63,228 bases of DNA, filler included, from 3 parts of 3 records of this genome joined end to end with filler, not necessarily neighbours in it, one strand, 5' to 3'. Shown: positions 10,501 to 22,216, counted from the first letter of the whole stretch. Translations and numbers: made by a program. The notes: generated by a model not told the origin, from the sequence alone.

Positions 10501-12072
10501 TCATTGTGCTGAATGGCGCCAAAACACCAGAACCGGGCTGGTCTGGATCTGGCCAGCCCCCTGATCCGACTCCAAGTCTGTGAGGTCTCGATCGAGACGT
10601 TCCAGCGTTTGGGGTGGGTGGAGTGCCATTCGCTCGCTGGGAACGCGCATCAGGCCCAAGGCCTTTGTGCTCGATACCTTCGCCAACGCTTGGATTAATT
10701 GGTATGGATCCTGATCACCAGGCTTGATTTTCCAAACGAATTGCGGTCTGTCCCAAAGGGCGAGCAGCCTTGGTTCATGGAGCGCATCCATTTGAAATCC
10801 ATGCTCGTGCGCCAAGGACTCCACCTGTCGACGCACCTGTGGCCAGGTGTCAGCTTGCCCGTGAACCGCCATGGCCAACACGGTGCAAGGCGTATCCGCT
10901 TCAAGTAAGTGGCCAAGTTTGTCTCGCTTAGCAGCGAGGTAATCGGCATTGTGGTCTCCTGCATCCATCACGAGGGGGACGCGTTCTTCCACCTGCAGTC
11001 CGTATCCACCCAATCCGGCAATTTTGCGTGGATTGTTGGTGAGTAGGCGCAGCCTGTGGATTCCAAGGTCGGACAAAATTTGAGCTCCAACCCCGTAATT
11101 GCGCAGGTCGGCGGGAAAACCCAATCGTTCATTGGCTTCAACGGTGTCCAGTCCACCGTCCTGAAGGCTGTAGGCCCTCAGTTTGTTGATCAAGCCGATG
11201 CCTCGTCCTTCCTGTCGTAGATAAACCACGACGCCTTCTCCCTCGGCTTCGATCTGGCGAAGCGCCGCCTCCAGTTGGGGACGACAGTCGCAGCGCAGTG
11301 ATCCGAAGGCATCTCCGGTGAGGCATTCCGAGTGCATCCGCACCAAAACCGGTTCACGCAAAGACGCTGGGTCTCCTTTCACCAGGGCAACGTGCTCTGA
11401 GCCATCGAGATCATTTTTGTAGCCGATCGCTTGAAATGCGCCGAACTGACTTGGCAGTTCGGCGTGCGCCATCCGCTTGACGAAACGCTCGTTCTCAAGC
11501 CTGTAGCGAATCAAATCGGCAATGCTGATGAGCTTTAGGCCCCATTGGTCGGCGTAGGCCCTGAGCTCTGGCAAGCGAGCCATGGAGCCGTCGGTGTTCT
11601 GAATCTCACAAATGACACCAGCTGGGCTAAGGCCAGCCAACAGGGATAAATCAACAGCCGACTCCGTATGGCCAGCGCGCTTTAGGACGCCCCCAGAGCG
11701 TGCACGGAGGGGGAAGATATGGCCTGGACGGCGGAGATCCGCAGGCCTTGTTGACGGGTTGAGGGCAACTTGAATGGTTCGTGCCCGGTCATCCGCTGAA
11801 ATGCCTGTGGTGACGCCATGTTCAATGCCAGCGTCAATGCTGACGGTGAAGGCTGTCTGATTGGCATCTGTGTTGCGATCCACCATGAGCGGGAGATCCA
11901 GTTCATCAAGGCGGTCTCCCTCCATGGCGAGACAGATCAGCCCTCTGGCTTCCGTTGCCATGAAATTGATCGCCTCTGGGGTGGCGAACTGCGCCGCACA
12001 AATGAGGTCCCCTTCATTTTCACGTTGCTCGTCGTCCACGACGACCACGCAGGCTCCATTGCGAATGGCCAC
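10501..12072 (-). CDS. ribBA: bifunctional DHBP synthase / GTP cyclohydrolase II
   Basis: [46 protein letters not shown]; true start probably further upstream (see findings). Confidence 0.95.
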   Translation of the reverse strand: MAIRNGACVVVVDDEQRENEGDLICAAQFATPEAINFMATEARGLICLAMEGDRLDELDLPLMVDRNTDANQTAFTVSIDAGIEHGVTTGISADDRARTIQVALNPSTRPADLRRPGHIFPLRARSGGVLKRAGHTESAVDLSLLAGLSPAGVICEIQNTDGSMARLPELRAYADQWGLKLISIADLIRYRLENERFVKRMAHAELPSQFGAFQAIGYKNDLDGSEHVALVKGDPASLREPVLVRMHSECLTGDAFGSLRCDCRPQLEAALRQIEAEGEGVVVYLRQEGRGIGLINKLRAYSLQDGGLDTVEANERLGFPADLRNYGVGAQILSDLGIHRLRLLTNNPRKIAGLGGYGLQVEERVPLVMDAGDHNADYLAAKRDKLGHLLEADTPCTVLAMAVHGQADTWPQVRRQVESLAHEHGFQMDALHEPRLLALWDRPQFVWKIKPGDQDPYQLIQALAKVSSTKALGLMRVPSERMALHPPQTLERLDRDLTDLESDQGAGQIQTSPVLVFWRHSAQ

Positions 12073-12195
12073 GAGTGCATCCGGAATGCTGTCGAATTGA
12101 ATCGGGTCGTTGGAAGAAGCAGGGGAGCTGGGGTTCAGGAGCCTGGAAGATCGGAATAAGCCCCCATTATCGATCTCTGTACGATCGATCGTTCA

Positions 12196-13314
12196 GTGAG
12201 CTCCCCGATGCCAAGCAGCACACCGTCAACGATGGCTGAAATGGCGGCGACGTCTGGGGGGCGTGTGGCCGTCATCGGCGCCTCTGGGTATGGCGGCCTT
12301 CAGACCATCCGCCTACTGCAAGGACACCCTTCTCTTTCCGTGACGTTCCTGGGAGGAGAACGAAGTGCAGGCCGGCGTTGGAGTTCGATCTGCCCCTTTT
12401 TGCCACTGCCGGATGATCCCCTCGTTGAATCCGTCGATCCAGTTCGAATCGCGGAGGTGGCGGATTATGCCGTTCTGAGCCTCCCTAACGGCCTTGCCTG
12501 TCAGCTGGCACCGCAATTACTTGATCGCGGCGTTCGGGTTGTCGACCTATCCGCAGATTTTCGTTATCGCTCCTTAGATCAGTGGCTCGAGGTGTACGCC
12601 CAGGAAGCCAGCAACATCAATCGGACCGATGCCGAACTTTGTCGTGAAGCTGTTTACGGGCTCCCGGAATGGAACGGACCCGCCATCGCTGAAGCCAAGC
12701 TTGTGGCGGCACCTGGCTGTTTCCCAACTGCGAGTCTGTTGCCGCTTCTTCCTTTCCTCAAACAAGGACTAATCGATACCGATCGAATCATCATTGATGC
12801 CAAAACCGGAACCTCTGGTGGTGGCAGGGTTCCCAAAGAAGCCATGTTGTTGGCGGAAGCCTCCGAGTCGATTGCTCCCTACGGCGTGATTGGTCATCGC
12901 CACACGTCCGAGATCGAGCAAATGGCCCAAGACGTCGCCGGCCAAACCATCCAGCTTCAATTCACCCCGCATCTGGTGCCGATGGTTCGTGGTCTTCTTT
13001 CAACGGTGTATGCCCGCTTAAGGGATCCAGGCTTAACAGCGGAAGACTGCACAACGGTGATCAACGCGGTGTATCGCCACCATCCCTGTGTCACCGTCCT
13101 GCCTGTTGGTACCTACCCCGCAACAAAATGGGCGCGACACACGAACCGAGCGCTCCTTTCCGTTCAAGTTGACAATCGGACGGGTCAATTGGTGTTGATG
13201 AGCGCGATCGATAATTTGATTAAAGGACAGGCGGGCCAAGGCGTGCAGTGTCTCAATCTGATGGCGGGTTTGGCGCCTGAGACCGGTTTGCCCTTGCAAC
13301 CCATCTACCCCTGA
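12196..13314 (+). CDS. argC: N-acetyl-gamma-glutamyl-phosphate reductase
   Basis: GASGYGG, DLSADFR, APGCFPT, HRH..EI, IDNLIKGQAGQGVQ; start uncertain (12196-12241). Confidence 0.95.
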   Translation: MSSPMPSSTPSTMAEMAATSGGRVAVIGASGYGGLQTIRLLQGHPSLSVTFLGGERSAGRRWSSICPFLPLPDDPLVESVDPVRIAEVADYAVLSLPNGLACQLAPQLLDRGVRVVDLSADFRYRSLDQWLEVYAQEASNINRTDAELCREAVYGLPEWNGPAIAEAKLVAAPGCFPTASLLPLLPFLKQGLIDTDRIIIDAKTGTSGGGRVPKEAMLLAEASESIAPYGVIGHRHTSEIEQMAQDVAGQTIQLQFTPHLVPMVRGLLSTVYARLRDPGLTAEDCTTVINAVYRHHPCVTVLPVGTYPATKWARHTNRALLSVQVDNRTGQLVLMSAIDNLIKGQAGQGVQCLNLMAGLAPETGLPLQPIYP

Positions 13315-13964
13315 CGCCAGCGGTGAGCGTTTTGCTGCAGCGTTGCTGGCAGCAAAACGTGTTCTTGCTTTTGCACGCGTCCTGAAAGCGAGGCGTGGGT
13401 ATCGGCAGGTAACACTGGAACCGCGGCTTGAGCAAGGATCGGTCCGGCATCAAGGTCGGCGGTAACGATATGCACGGTGCAGCCACTGATGGACACCCCT
13501 GCTTGAAGGGCTTGTCCCACAGCATCGAGTCCACGGAAACTAGGCAGGAGTGACGGATGGATGTTCACCAGTCGTTCCGGAAAGGCATCCACCAATACAT
13601 CGGTCACGATCCGCATCCACCCGGCCATCACCACAACGTCCACTTGATGGGATTGAAAGAGGCCAACCAACTGTCGATCGAGGGCTTCTCGATTCGGGAA
13701 GCCACGATGATCCACCACTTCGACATGGATGCCGAAGCGATCAGCCCGCTGATGGGCGCCGCAGTTTTTGTTGTTAACCACCAAAAGTGGAATGTCTGCC
13801 CCAAGCCGACCGGACTGAACGGCCTGGACGATGGCCTCGAAATTGCTGCCATTTCCGGAGGCCATCACTCCGATCCTTAGCGGGGGGATCAAGGAGGGCA
13901 CTCCATCTGAATACGGATGTAAAAGGGCCTGGTCAGCCGGATTTTGCTGGCTAGGGTCAGTCAA
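13305..13964 (-). CDS. purN: phosphoribosylglycinamide formyltransferase
   Basis: ASGNGSNF, AGWMR, NIHPSLLPSF.G, GCTVH, D.GPI; start uncertain (TTG 13964 chosen to avoid overlapping the divergent gene). Confidence 0.93.
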   Translation of the reverse strand: MTDPSQQNPADQALLHPYSDGVPSLIPPLRIGVMASGNGSNFEAIVQAVQSGRLGADIPLLVVNNKNCGAHQRADRFGIHVEVVDHRGFPNREALDRQLVGLFQSHQVDVVVMAGWMRIVTDVLVDAFPERLVNIHPSLLPSFRGLDAVGQALQAGVSISGCTVHIVTADLDAGPILAQAAVPVLPADTHASLSGRVQKQEHVLLPATLQQNAHRWRQG

Positions 13965-13980
13965 AGCAGGTGATTGGTCA

Positions 13981-14337
13981 ATGTCCCATCTCTCCATCCT
14001 GCCCACCGTTTACACACGGCTCGATTATTTGGCTCGTGCCTTAGCCCAAGAGGGCTTCAAGGTTCAGTTCGGTGGGTGCCTTGATGATGTCGGTTCAGCC
14101 CCAGTGCCCGCAGACCTTGTGGCCACTTGCGGTGACTGCCGTCCCCTGGGTTGGTCACGTCAGGCCGATGGAAGTATTTGTCTTTGTGGCGACCTTCAAC
14201 GCATCAGTTCGCACCCTGGACTGGAAGCACGACTTCAGCGGGTGGCGCGTCGCTATTCCCTGCTATTTGCCATCGATCAGATCACGATCGAGAGGGATCG
14301 CTTAACAACAGCCGCTATTTCTCTCCTGCAGGACTGA
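13981..14337 (+). CDS. DUF1257 / Ycf35-like protein
   Basis: MSHLSILPT N-terminus characteristic of DUF1257. Confidence 0.75.
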   Translation: MSHLSILPTVYTRLDYLARALAQEGFKVQFGGCLDDVGSAPVPADLVATCGDCRPLGWSRQADGSICLCGDLQRISSHPGLEARLQRVARRYSLLFAIDQITIERDRLTTAAISLLQD

Positions 14338-14338
14338 T

Positions 14339-16036
14339 GTGAGCGATTCGGTTCGGATACGACTCGACTTAACCCAACCAGCCAGCCAAACGGTTTGGGT
14401 CCACATGGAGTGGACGCCCCAGTGGAATCGGCAAATTCTTCAGTTACCCGTCTGGACCCCAGGGTCCTACACCGTTCGAGATCACGCTCAACACCTTCAC
14501 AGTCTTCGGCTGAGCAATGCTTCAACGGATCAAAAGGTTCGTCGTTTGTCCCCGAGTCGTTGGCTGTGCGAGCTGACAACGCTTGAACCGCTCACCCTGA
14601 CCTACGCGATTGAATCCCGGGACCTCACGGTGCGGACTGGCTTGCTGGACCCGGATTTTGCTTCCCTCAGTCTGGCTTCAGTGGCGATGGAGATCGAGGG
14701 CTTCCGTTGGATGCCCCATCACTTGGAGGTGTCAGCTCCTTCGCACTGGCAAGTGCATCTCCCCCTCGAATCGTCAGTTCGAGGTTGGCTTGCCAAGGAT
14801 TTTGATGCGCTGATCGATGCCCCATTGCATGCCGGTCCGTTTGCGGTCAAACCGTTCACCGTTCATGGGCATCGGCATGAACTTCTCTTAATTGGCGCTC
14901 CACCTTCTGGTTGGCCGGAGAGCTTCATCTCGGACATCGAGCGCGTTTGCCAGGCCACTTGCGATCTGATGGGGACGCTTCCCCCCGCCGGGGATCGCTA
15001 CCAACTGGTTCTTCAACTTCTCGAAAAGGGCTACGGCGGTTTGGAGCACGACCACAGTGCCGTTCTGCAATTCAATTGGACAGCCCTCGCCGGCAAAAAG
15101 GGTTACCGGCAGTTGCTTCAGCTGGTTGGCCATGAGTATCTGCACCAGTGGAATGTGCGGCGGCTTCGTCCCGTCGAGTTGCGCCCTTACGACTACTCAC
15201 AACCGGTGATCTGCGAGGGGTTGTGGTTCGCTGAGGGCATCACGAGCTACTACGACCTCTTTCTTCCACTGAGGGCTGGATGTACAGACCAGTCAATGCT
15301 TTTGGAGGACTTCGGCGAGGAGCTCTCCAGTGTGCTGATGTCGCCTGGACGGTCGATTCAATCCTTAGCGATGAGTGCAGAAGAGGCCTGGGTGAAGCTC
15401 TACAAGGCCACACCAGCATCACGCGATACCCAGATCAGCTATTACCGCCTTGGAGCCGCGGTGGCTTTTTGCCTGGACGTCCGCCTAAGAAGTTCTGGCA
15501 CATCCCTTCCAGTGTTGCTTCGCCATCTGTGGAGCTCGTTCGGCGAATACCGCCGTGGTTTTTGCAGAGACGACCTCCACCAGTGGCTTGCATCTGTGGA
15601 CAACGGACTTGCAGCGGAACTGGACCACTGGCTAGATGACACAAACGCGGTTCCGCTGGAGAAGTCTGCTGAGCTCATCGGTCTGCGCTTGGAGCCCGTC
15701 CCACAAAAAGCCCCCCATCATGGCTTGAGCTTGAAAGTTTCAGCCGGCGATCTGGTGGTTCAACGGGTGATGAAGAACAGCCCAGGCATGAAGGCCGATT
15801 TGGTTGTTGGAGACGAAATCCTTGCGATCAATGGTTTCCGTGTCCGTTGCATCGACTCCGTTGCTGATCTCATGCGTAACTGCTCTGAGGTTCAAGTGTC
15901 TTTTGTGCGTCGGGGCTTGATGAAGGCAACATTCCTGCAGCCTGAATCCGCCATTGAGACTTGGCGATTGGAAGTTGATCCTCAGGCGTCATCCGATCAG
16001 CTGGCTTTACGAGAGCAATGGTTCAAAATTTTCTGA
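14339..16036 (+). CDS. M61 family glycyl aminopeptidase with C-terminal PDZ domain
   Basis: LPVWTPGSY, GGLEH, HEYLHQWN, LWFAEGITSYY, SYY..G; PDZ-like SP...GDEILAING. Confidence 0.92.
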   Translation: MSDSVRIRLDLTQPASQTVWVHMEWTPQWNRQILQLPVWTPGSYTVRDHAQHLHSLRLSNASTDQKVRRLSPSRWLCELTTLEPLTLTYAIESRDLTVRTGLLDPDFASLSLASVAMEIEGFRWMPHHLEVSAPSHWQVHLPLESSVRGWLAKDFDALIDAPLHAGPFAVKPFTVHGHRHELLLIGAPPSGWPESFISDIERVCQATCDLMGTLPPAGDRYQLVLQLLEKGYGGLEHDHSAVLQFNWTALAGKKGYRQLLQLVGHEYLHQWNVRRLRPVELRPYDYSQPVICEGLWFAEGITSYYDLFLPLRAGCTDQSMLLEDFGEELSSVLMSPGRSIQSLAMSAEEAWVKLYKATPASRDTQISYYRLGAAVAFCLDVRLRSSGTSLPVLLRHLWSSFGEYRRGFCRDDLHQWLASVDNGLAAELDHWLDDTNAVPLEKSAELIGLRLEPVPQKAPHHGLSLKVSAGDLVVQRVMKNSPGMKADLVVGDEILAINGFRVRCIDSVADLMRNCSEVQVSFVRRGLMKATFLQPESAIETWRLEVDPQASSDQLALREQWFKIF

Positions 16037-16944
16037 ACCGTTGCCGAAAGCAACCTTTTTCGTTTCTGCGACGTCATCAAAAAACTGTTCTATCGGCCGT
16101 TGCCATCGGCTCAGTCGGTTTGGTCGGTCTGGGTTGGCTGCTGATTGATGGCCGGATGCTCTGGTTTGCTGGTGATCGCCCCTCACTGTTGGAGTTACTT
16201 GATCAGGTAGCTGAAGACAAGGGGGCTAGGCGTAAGCCATCTCCGCTTGGATCTGTTCCTGTCGCTCCCCTTTCCCGCTCGTGGCGTTCGCCGTTGGCTC
16301 GCCAATGTTCGAGCATCGATAAAAGCATTCGATCCCGCCTGCTCTCTCTCCAAAAGCGTTCGGGATCGTGGCGCAAATTTGTGCCCATCGATCCAACCAA
16401 CTTTGGCAAGCGTTTTAGCAAAGACGCTTTTGGGCGACGCCTCGATGGCTCTCCACGGGTGATTGTTTTGCATGAAACGGTGTATTCCGTGAGTTCTGCG
16501 GTGAACACCTTTCAAACGCCGCACCCCAGAGATGAAGACCAAGTGAGTTATCACACCCTCATCAGCCGCGATGGTCGTGTGCTCGATTTGGTGGATCCAC
16601 TCATGCGCGCCTATGGCGCTGGCTATTCAGCCTTTCTTGGGGAATGGGCCATCACGAACAAACGGCTCAAGGGATCGGTCAATAATTTCGCTCTCCATCT
16701 GAGTCTTGAAACGCCATCCAATGGAGCCAACGGTCGTTCTGGCCATAGCGGCTATTCGTCTGAGCAATACGACGCCTTGGCCCTGGTGTTAGCCGGGTGG
16801 ATGAATGCGTTCAATCTCCCCCCAACGTCAGTGACCACCCACCGTCATGTGGATATTGGCGGTGAACGAGCCGATCCGCGCAGTTTCGATTGGTCGGCCC
16901 TCCAGGTTCGACTTGCTGCTTTGGGAGATCTCTGTGTTCCGTGA
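16018..16944 (+). CDS. N-acetylmuramoyl-L-alanine amidase (Amidase_2 family), membrane-anchored
   Basis: IVLHET, VSYH, RAYGAG, VNNF, THRHVD...DP motifs; N-terminal TM. Confidence 0.85.
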   Translation: MVQNFLNRCRKQPFSFLRRHQKTVLSAVAIGSVGLVGLGWLLIDGRMLWFAGDRPSLLELLDQVAEDKGARRKPSPLGSVPVAPLSRSWRSPLARQCSSIDKSIRSRLLSLQKRSGSWRKFVPIDPTNFGKRFSKDAFGRRLDGSPRVIVLHETVYSVSSAVNTFQTPHPRDEDQVSYHTLISRDGRVLDLVDPLMRAYGAGYSAFLGEWAITNKRLKGSVNNFALHLSLETPSNGANGRSGHSGYSSEQYDALALVLAGWMNAFNLPPTSVTTHRHVDIGGERADPRSFDWSALQVRLAALGDLCVP

Positions 16945-16968
16945 GCTGGATCGTCAGTCTCACCGCCC

Positions 16969-17742
16969 CTAAATGAAATGTGCCCGAGCCGGAGCTCGCC
17001 GCGAATAGATCAGCCCATGCAGTTCCGGATCTTGCATGTAACGCAACACCCGTGCTGGGTAGTCGAGTTTGCCGTTGTGTAGATAGCTCAGGGTTGCAAT
17101 CGCCTTGGCGTCCAAATAGGAACGGCTGGCTTGAAGCACGCCATGGGGCGAGAGGCCTATTTCACGCTTCAGCCGTTGCAGTTTTCCGGTCAAAAGCTGA
17201 ACGTTTTGTTCTGGATTCAACAACTGATCCCGTGCCCAAGCAATTTCTTCCGCTGTGGGTTGTGGGGGAAGTTTCTTTTGATGAATTAGCTCACTAATGC
17301 CGATTTGGGCTGGTCCATGGGTTCTAACCAAGCCCGAATGGGCAATAAACGGCAACCCCTCCCCGGGTTTGGAATGTTGTATCTCATCGAACAAAATCGC
17401 CGTCACCAACATCGGATTAACGCGATGCCGTGCCGATTCACGAAGGATGGCCGGCTTGAGTGCTTGGAGGCGATCAAGGGTGCGCAACCGTAGGGGCTGC
17501 AGTTGATCCATTCCATCGGTGAAGAGCTGGGCCAGAGGTGTCTGGGGGCCATGAACTCCGAATCGCCGTTGGAGGATTTGCAATTCTTCAACGCTGAAAT
17601 CGGCAGGATTGGGATGCCCATCCAACGTTGATTGCACTTGGCCTGGTTGCATGTCGATGCCTGGCGTTGTGCGCAGGAATCCCAGTCCGATAACTACGGC
17701 GGCAAAGGCTCCTGCAGCGATAAAGCGCAGACGATCAGGCAT
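16969..17742 (-). CDS. membrane-anchored protein with lysozyme/lytic-transglycosylase-like motifs
   Basis: N-terminal TM; VNPMLVTAILFDE, GPAQI, LLNPEQNV, YLHNG, Y..RV resemble SLT motifs. Confidence 0.6.
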   Translation of the reverse strand: MPDRLRFIAAGAFAAVVIGLGFLRTTPGIDMQPGQVQSTLDGHPNPADFSVEELQILQRRFGVHGPQTPLAQLFTDGMDQLQPLRLRTLDRLQALKPAILRESARHRVNPMLVTAILFDEIQHSKPGEGLPFIAHSGLVRTHGPAQIGISELIHQKKLPPQPTAEEIAWARDQLLNPEQNVQLLTGKLQRLKREIGLSPHGVLQASRSYLDAKAIATLSYLHNGKLDYPARVLRYMQDPELHGLIYSRRAPARAHFI

Positions 17743-17857
17743 TGAGGAGTCGGGCCAAATGCGAAGGAACTCGGATGAAACTACCCGGGGTGTCCAAGAA
17801 AGTGCGCATTTCGTCAGATCCTGGATAGCTTCAGCAGATATCAGCAGCAACTCCCCC

Positions 17858-19456
17858 GTGAGCTTTCCGGATTTCAGCGCTAGCGACGCTCAGATTCAAT
17901 GGCAGCGGTTTTGTGATCTGCTCTGGTATCACGACGATCTTGGCTTGTGGCTAGACGTCAGCCGAATGCACCTCAATGCTTCTGAGCTTGAGGCGTTGCA
18001 ACCAGCCATGGACCGTGCCTTCACCGCCATGCATGAGCTGGAGGCGGGCGCTATCGCCAATCCCGATGAAGAACGACAAGTCGGGCATTACTGGTTGCGG
18101 AATCCCCAACTGGCTCCGTCTGATGACCTACGGACCCATATCGCCAGCGAAGTCGATGACATCGAGGCTTTTGGGCGTGGTGTCGTTCATGGTGAGATCA
18201 AGGCACCGAGTGGAGTTCCGTTTACGGATGTGTTGTGGATTGGGATCGGAGGCAGTGGCCTTGGTCCGGCCCTGATGATTCGCGCGCTCCAGAACAACAA
18301 CCAGGGGCTCCCCTTCCATTTCCTCGACAATGTTGATCCCAACGGGATGAGCAACGTTCTTGGTGGCCTGGCCGGTCGCTTCAAGACCACCTTGGTGGTG
18401 ACGGTGAGTAAGTCCGGTGGAACACCCGAGCCTCATATCGGCATGGAGCAAGCCCGCTTAAAGCTGGAAGCCGCCGGAGGTGAATGGGCTGGCCAAGCGG
18501 TTGCGATCACGATGTTGAACAGCCGGCTTGATCAACAGGCTCAGCAGGAAGCCTGGCTCAAACGCTTCGATATGTTCGATTGGGTGGGTGGTCGCACAAG
18601 CATCACCAGTGCCGTTGGCTTGCTCCCTGGCGCACTGATTGGTTGCGACATCAGAGATTTTTTAGCAGGTGCTGCTCAGATGGATGAAGCCACGCGAGTG
18701 GCTGATTCCCGTCGGAATCCGGCTGCGCTGATGGCAGCATCTTGGTACGTGGCAGGAGAAGGGAAAGGTCGTCGAGACATGGTGGTTCTCCCCTATCGCG
18801 ATCGCCTGGAGGTTTTTAGTCGTTATCTCCAACAACTTGTGATGGAGTCCCTTGGAAAGCGCCTTGATCGGGATGGCAATGTTGTTCATCAAGGTATTGC
18901 TGTTTACGGCAATAAAGGCTCGACCGATCAACATGCTTATGTTCAACAATTGCGTGATGGCGTTGATAATTTCTTCGCCACATTTATTGAAGAGCTTGAA
19001 GACAGTGAAGATATTCCAGTCATCAAAAACGAGCGTCCCGGTGATTTTCTCGATGGCTTTTTGCAGGGCACACGTTCAGCGCTGACGGAAGGTGGACGTC
19101 AAAACATGACGATCACCATGCGGTGCTTCGATGAACGACGCCTGGGGGCTCTTGTCGCTTTGTTTGAGCGAGCAGTTGGGCTTTATGGCGAGTTGGTGAA
19201 TGTGAATGCTTACCACCAGCCTGGTGTCGAAGCTGGTAAAAAGGCCGCAGCTGCCATTCTCGATTTGCAGCAACGTGTGGAGGAGGTTTTACAGGATGGA
19301 GTGCCTCGCACTGTGTCTGAGATTCGGCAAGTTCTCGACGACGGTAGTGATGAATCTATTTTTTGGATTATGCGGCATCTCACTGGTAACAAGCGCCAGT
19401 ACAACGCACAGGGTGACTGGTCGAGTCCAGCCGGTATGCGCTTCTGCAAGGGTTAA
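17858..19456 (+). CDS. pgi: glucose-6-phosphate isomerase
   Basis: GIGGSGLG, SKSGGT.E, VGGRTS, QQLVMESLGK, DQHAY, QPGVEAGK; GTG start at 17858. Confidence 0.96.
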   Translation: MSFPDFSASDAQIQWQRFCDLLWYHDDLGLWLDVSRMHLNASELEALQPAMDRAFTAMHELEAGAIANPDEERQVGHYWLRNPQLAPSDDLRTHIASEVDDIEAFGRGVVHGEIKAPSGVPFTDVLWIGIGGSGLGPALMIRALQNNNQGLPFHFLDNVDPNGMSNVLGGLAGRFKTTLVVTVSKSGGTPEPHIGMEQARLKLEAAGGEWAGQAVAITMLNSRLDQQAQQEAWLKRFDMFDWVGGRTSITSAVGLLPGALIGCDIRDFLAGAAQMDEATRVADSRRNPAALMAASWYVAGEGKGRRDMVVLPYRDRLEVFSRYLQQLVMESLGKRLDRDGNVVHQGIAVYGNKGSTDQHAYVQQLRDGVDNFFATFIEELEDSEDIPVIKNERPGDFLDGFLQGTRSALTEGGRQNMTITMRCFDERRLGALVALFERAVGLYGELVNVNAYHQPGVEAGKKAAAAILDLQQRVEEVLQDGVPRTVSEIRQVLDDGSDESIFWIMRHLTGNKRQYNAQGDWSSPAGMRFCKG

Positions 19457-19554
19457 AGATTGTTTTGCTATAAGGGCAATTTTTAATTCTTAGTTTTAAA
19501 AGTTTGGATTGTTTGGCGTAGATCTGGCTTTCATTTTGTGACCTGTTAGATGAA

Positions 19555-22170
19555 TCAGGGCACAAGGTTGACCAGTTTTCCAGGTACGACAATAACTCGC
19601 TTAGGTGTTGCTCCCTCAAGCCATTTGTTGGCCACTTCGCTGGACAGTGCCATGGACTCCAGAGTCGCTTTGTCTGCATCGGCTGGCGCTTGGATACTTC
19701 CACGAACTTTGCCCTTCACTTGAATCACGATGGAAATGGTGTCTTGGATTAATGCGCTGGGATCCACCGAGGGCCAGCTTTGTTGATGCACGCTGCCAAC
19801 ACCACCGAGACGACTCCAGAACTCCTCTGCAATGTGCGGTGCAAACGGGGCTAGCAATCGAATCAGGCCAGATAATGCTTCCTGGAGAATTGGAGGACGG
19901 AGACGATCAGGTCCCGATGATGTGATCGTGTTCGACAACTTCATTAACTCAGAAATTGCTGTATTCAGCTGAATTTCACCGTTTAGATCATCACTTACTG
20001 CATCGATCGCTAAGTGAAGGGCTCGACGAACATTGGCTTCCTGATCCGTCAAATCTGCTGGACATTCTGTTGAATTTAGATCGGTCAGCGTTGACGATGC
20101 ACTCTCAACCAAGCGCCATAGTCGCTGCAGAAATCTGAATTGCCCCTCTACATCAGCGTCATCCCACTCGAGATCTTTCTCGGGGGGTGCCTTGAACAAG
20201 ATGAACATGCGTGCGGTATCGGCGCCATAGCGATCAATCACTGCCGCTGGATCAACGCCGTTGTATTTCGACTTCGACATTTTCTCGAACAACACCTCGA
20301 GTTTGTCGCCAGTGGTTGGATCGAGCGGATCGTTGGGATCGCTTACATCAGCTGTTGCGATGTATTTGCCAGTGATCGGATTGCGATAAGTAATGGCCTG
20401 CACCATCCCCTGGGTGAGTAGACGCTCGAAGGGCTCATCGATATCAATTAGGCCACGATCTCGGAGTGCCTTGGTGAAAAATCTTGAATAAAGGAGATGG
20501 AGAATGGCATGTTCAATGCCTCCCACGTATTGCTTCACCGGTAACCAACGTCTAACCGCCTCCTTGCTGAAGGGTTGATCTGTGTTGTGGGGATCAGCAA
20601 AACGCAGGAAATACCAGGACGAACACATGAAGGTGTCCATGGTGTCGGTTTCACGCTTGGCGGCACCACCACAGCAAGGGCACGACACGTTGACCCAATC
20701 GCTCTGCTGGCTCAAGGGTGATCCGCCTTTTCCAGACAGATCGATGCCTCGCGGTAATTCAACTGGCAAATCGTCCCGTGGAACGGGTACAACTCCGCAA
20801 GTGGGGCAATGGATTACGGGGATTGGGCAGCCCCAATACCGCTGCCTTGAAATCAACCAGTCACGCAGCCTGTAGGTCACTTTGCTCGTGGCCCATCCGG
20901 CCGTTTCTCCATGGGACGTGATCGATGCTTTGCCCTGGTTTGAGGGCTGGCCATCAAACACTCCGGAGTTGATCAACGTTCCTGGCTCTATCCACGCCTT
21001 TCCTGCATCGATCGCTTCTTTGGCACCATCGGCATCGATCACCTGACGGATCGCTAATTCATTGGCCTTAGCAAATTGGATATCCCGTTGGTCGTGCGCC
21101 GGTACGCCCATCACCGCACCTGTTCCGTAGTCGGCCAAGACGTAATCGGCGATCCAGACCGGCAGTTGTTCGCCAGTGAGTGGATTGGTGACGCAGGCTC
21201 CAGTGGCAACCCCTTGCTTGGGCCTTTCGTCACTGGTGCGTTCAATCGTGCTGAGGCGAGCAACTTGTTTCCGAAACTGATCAACGGAAGCCCGGTGCTC
21301 TTCCGTTGTGAGCCCGTCCACCAATTGATGTTCTGGGGCCAACACCACATAACTCGCCCCCGACAAAGTGTCGGGCCGCGTGGTGAACACCGTGATGGAT
21401 TGTTGACTCGAGCCAGTCACTTGGAATGTGATTTCGGCCCCTTCTGAGCGCCCAATCCAGTTGGCTTGCATGGTGCGGACCCGTTCAGGCCAACCCTTCA
21501 GCCTGTCGAGGTCGTTCAGCAGGGCTTCGGCGTAATCGGTAATTCGGAGGAACCATTGGTTGAGTTGGCGTTGTTCGACCAGTGCTCCGGATCGCCAGGA
21601 ACGCCCATCGGCATCCACCTGCTCATTCGCTAGCACCGTCTGATCAACGGGATCCCAGTTGACCGTTGCATTTTTTCTGTAAGCCAGTCCGCCTTCGAAT
21701 AATTCGAGAAAGAGCCACTGGGTCCAGCGGTAGTAATCGCTATGGCACGTGGCTTGTTCGCGATCCCAATCGATGGACAGTCCGAGCCGATCGAGTTGAT
21801 CTCGCATTTGGTCGATATTGCGATCCGTCCACTCACCGGGGTCAATATTGCGTTCGATGGCAGCATTTTCAGCGGGCAATCCGAAGGCGTCCCAGCCCAT
21901 GGGATGCAAAACGGAATCCCCGCGCATCCGCTGAACACGAGCGATGACATCAGTAATTACGTAGTTCCGCACATGCCCCATGTGCAGGCTTCCTGATGGG
22001 TACGGAAACATCGAAAGGGCAAAGAAGCCCGGTTTGTTGGACTCGGTTTCTGTGGTGTCCAACCCTTGGTCTTTCCATCGGGCTCTCCAGCGCTGCTCAA
22101 GGGCCGAGGGGTCGTATCGGTTCTCCTGCGGGCTGTTGTTAGCTGAAGCTGAAGAAGAGGCAGCGTTCAC
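19555..22170 (-). CDS. leuS: leucine--tRNA ligase
   Basis: [32 protein letters not shown] editing domain, KMSKS; start approximate. Confidence 0.97.
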   Translation of the reverse strand: MNAASSSASANNSPQENRYDPSALEQRWRARWKDQGLDTTETESNKPGFFALSMFPYPSGSLHMGHVRNYVITDVIARVQRMRGDSVLHPMGWDAFGLPAENAAIERNIDPGEWTDRNIDQMRDQLDRLGLSIDWDREQATCHSDYYRWTQWLFLELFEGGLAYRKNATVNWDPVDQTVLANEQVDADGRSWRSGALVEQRQLNQWFLRITDYAEALLNDLDRLKGWPERVRTMQANWIGRSEGAEITFQVTGSSQQSITVFTTRPDTLSGASYVVLAPEHQLVDGLTTEEHRASVDQFRKQVARLSTIERTSDERPKQGVATGACVTNPLTGEQLPVWIADYVLADYGTGAVMGVPAHDQRDIQFAKANELAIRQVIDADGAKEAIDAGKAWIEPGTLINSGVFDGQPSNQGKASITSHGETAGWATSKVTYRLRDWLISRQRYWGCPIPVIHCPTCGVVPVPRDDLPVELPRGIDLSGKGGSPLSQQSDWVNVSCPCCGGAAKRETDTMDTFMCSSWYFLRFADPHNTDQPFSKEAVRRWLPVKQYVGGIEHAILHLLYSRFFTKALRDRGLIDIDEPFERLLTQGMVQAITYRNPITGKYIATADVSDPNDPLDPTTGDKLEVLFEKMSKSKYNGVDPAAVIDRYGADTARMFILFKAPPEKDLEWDDADVEGQFRFLQRLWRLVESASSTLTDLNSTECPADLTDQEANVRRALHLAIDAVSDDLNGEIQLNTAISELMKLSNTITSSGPDRLRPPILQEALSGLIRLLAPFAPHIAEEFWSRLGGVGSVHQQSWPSVDPSALIQDTISIVIQVKGKVRGSIQAPADADKATLESMALSSEVANKWLEGATPKRVIVVPGKLVNLVP

Positions 22171-22216
22171 GGGACCCGCATGTGGCTTGGCTGCGATCGT
22201 GCCACACACCTGTTGC

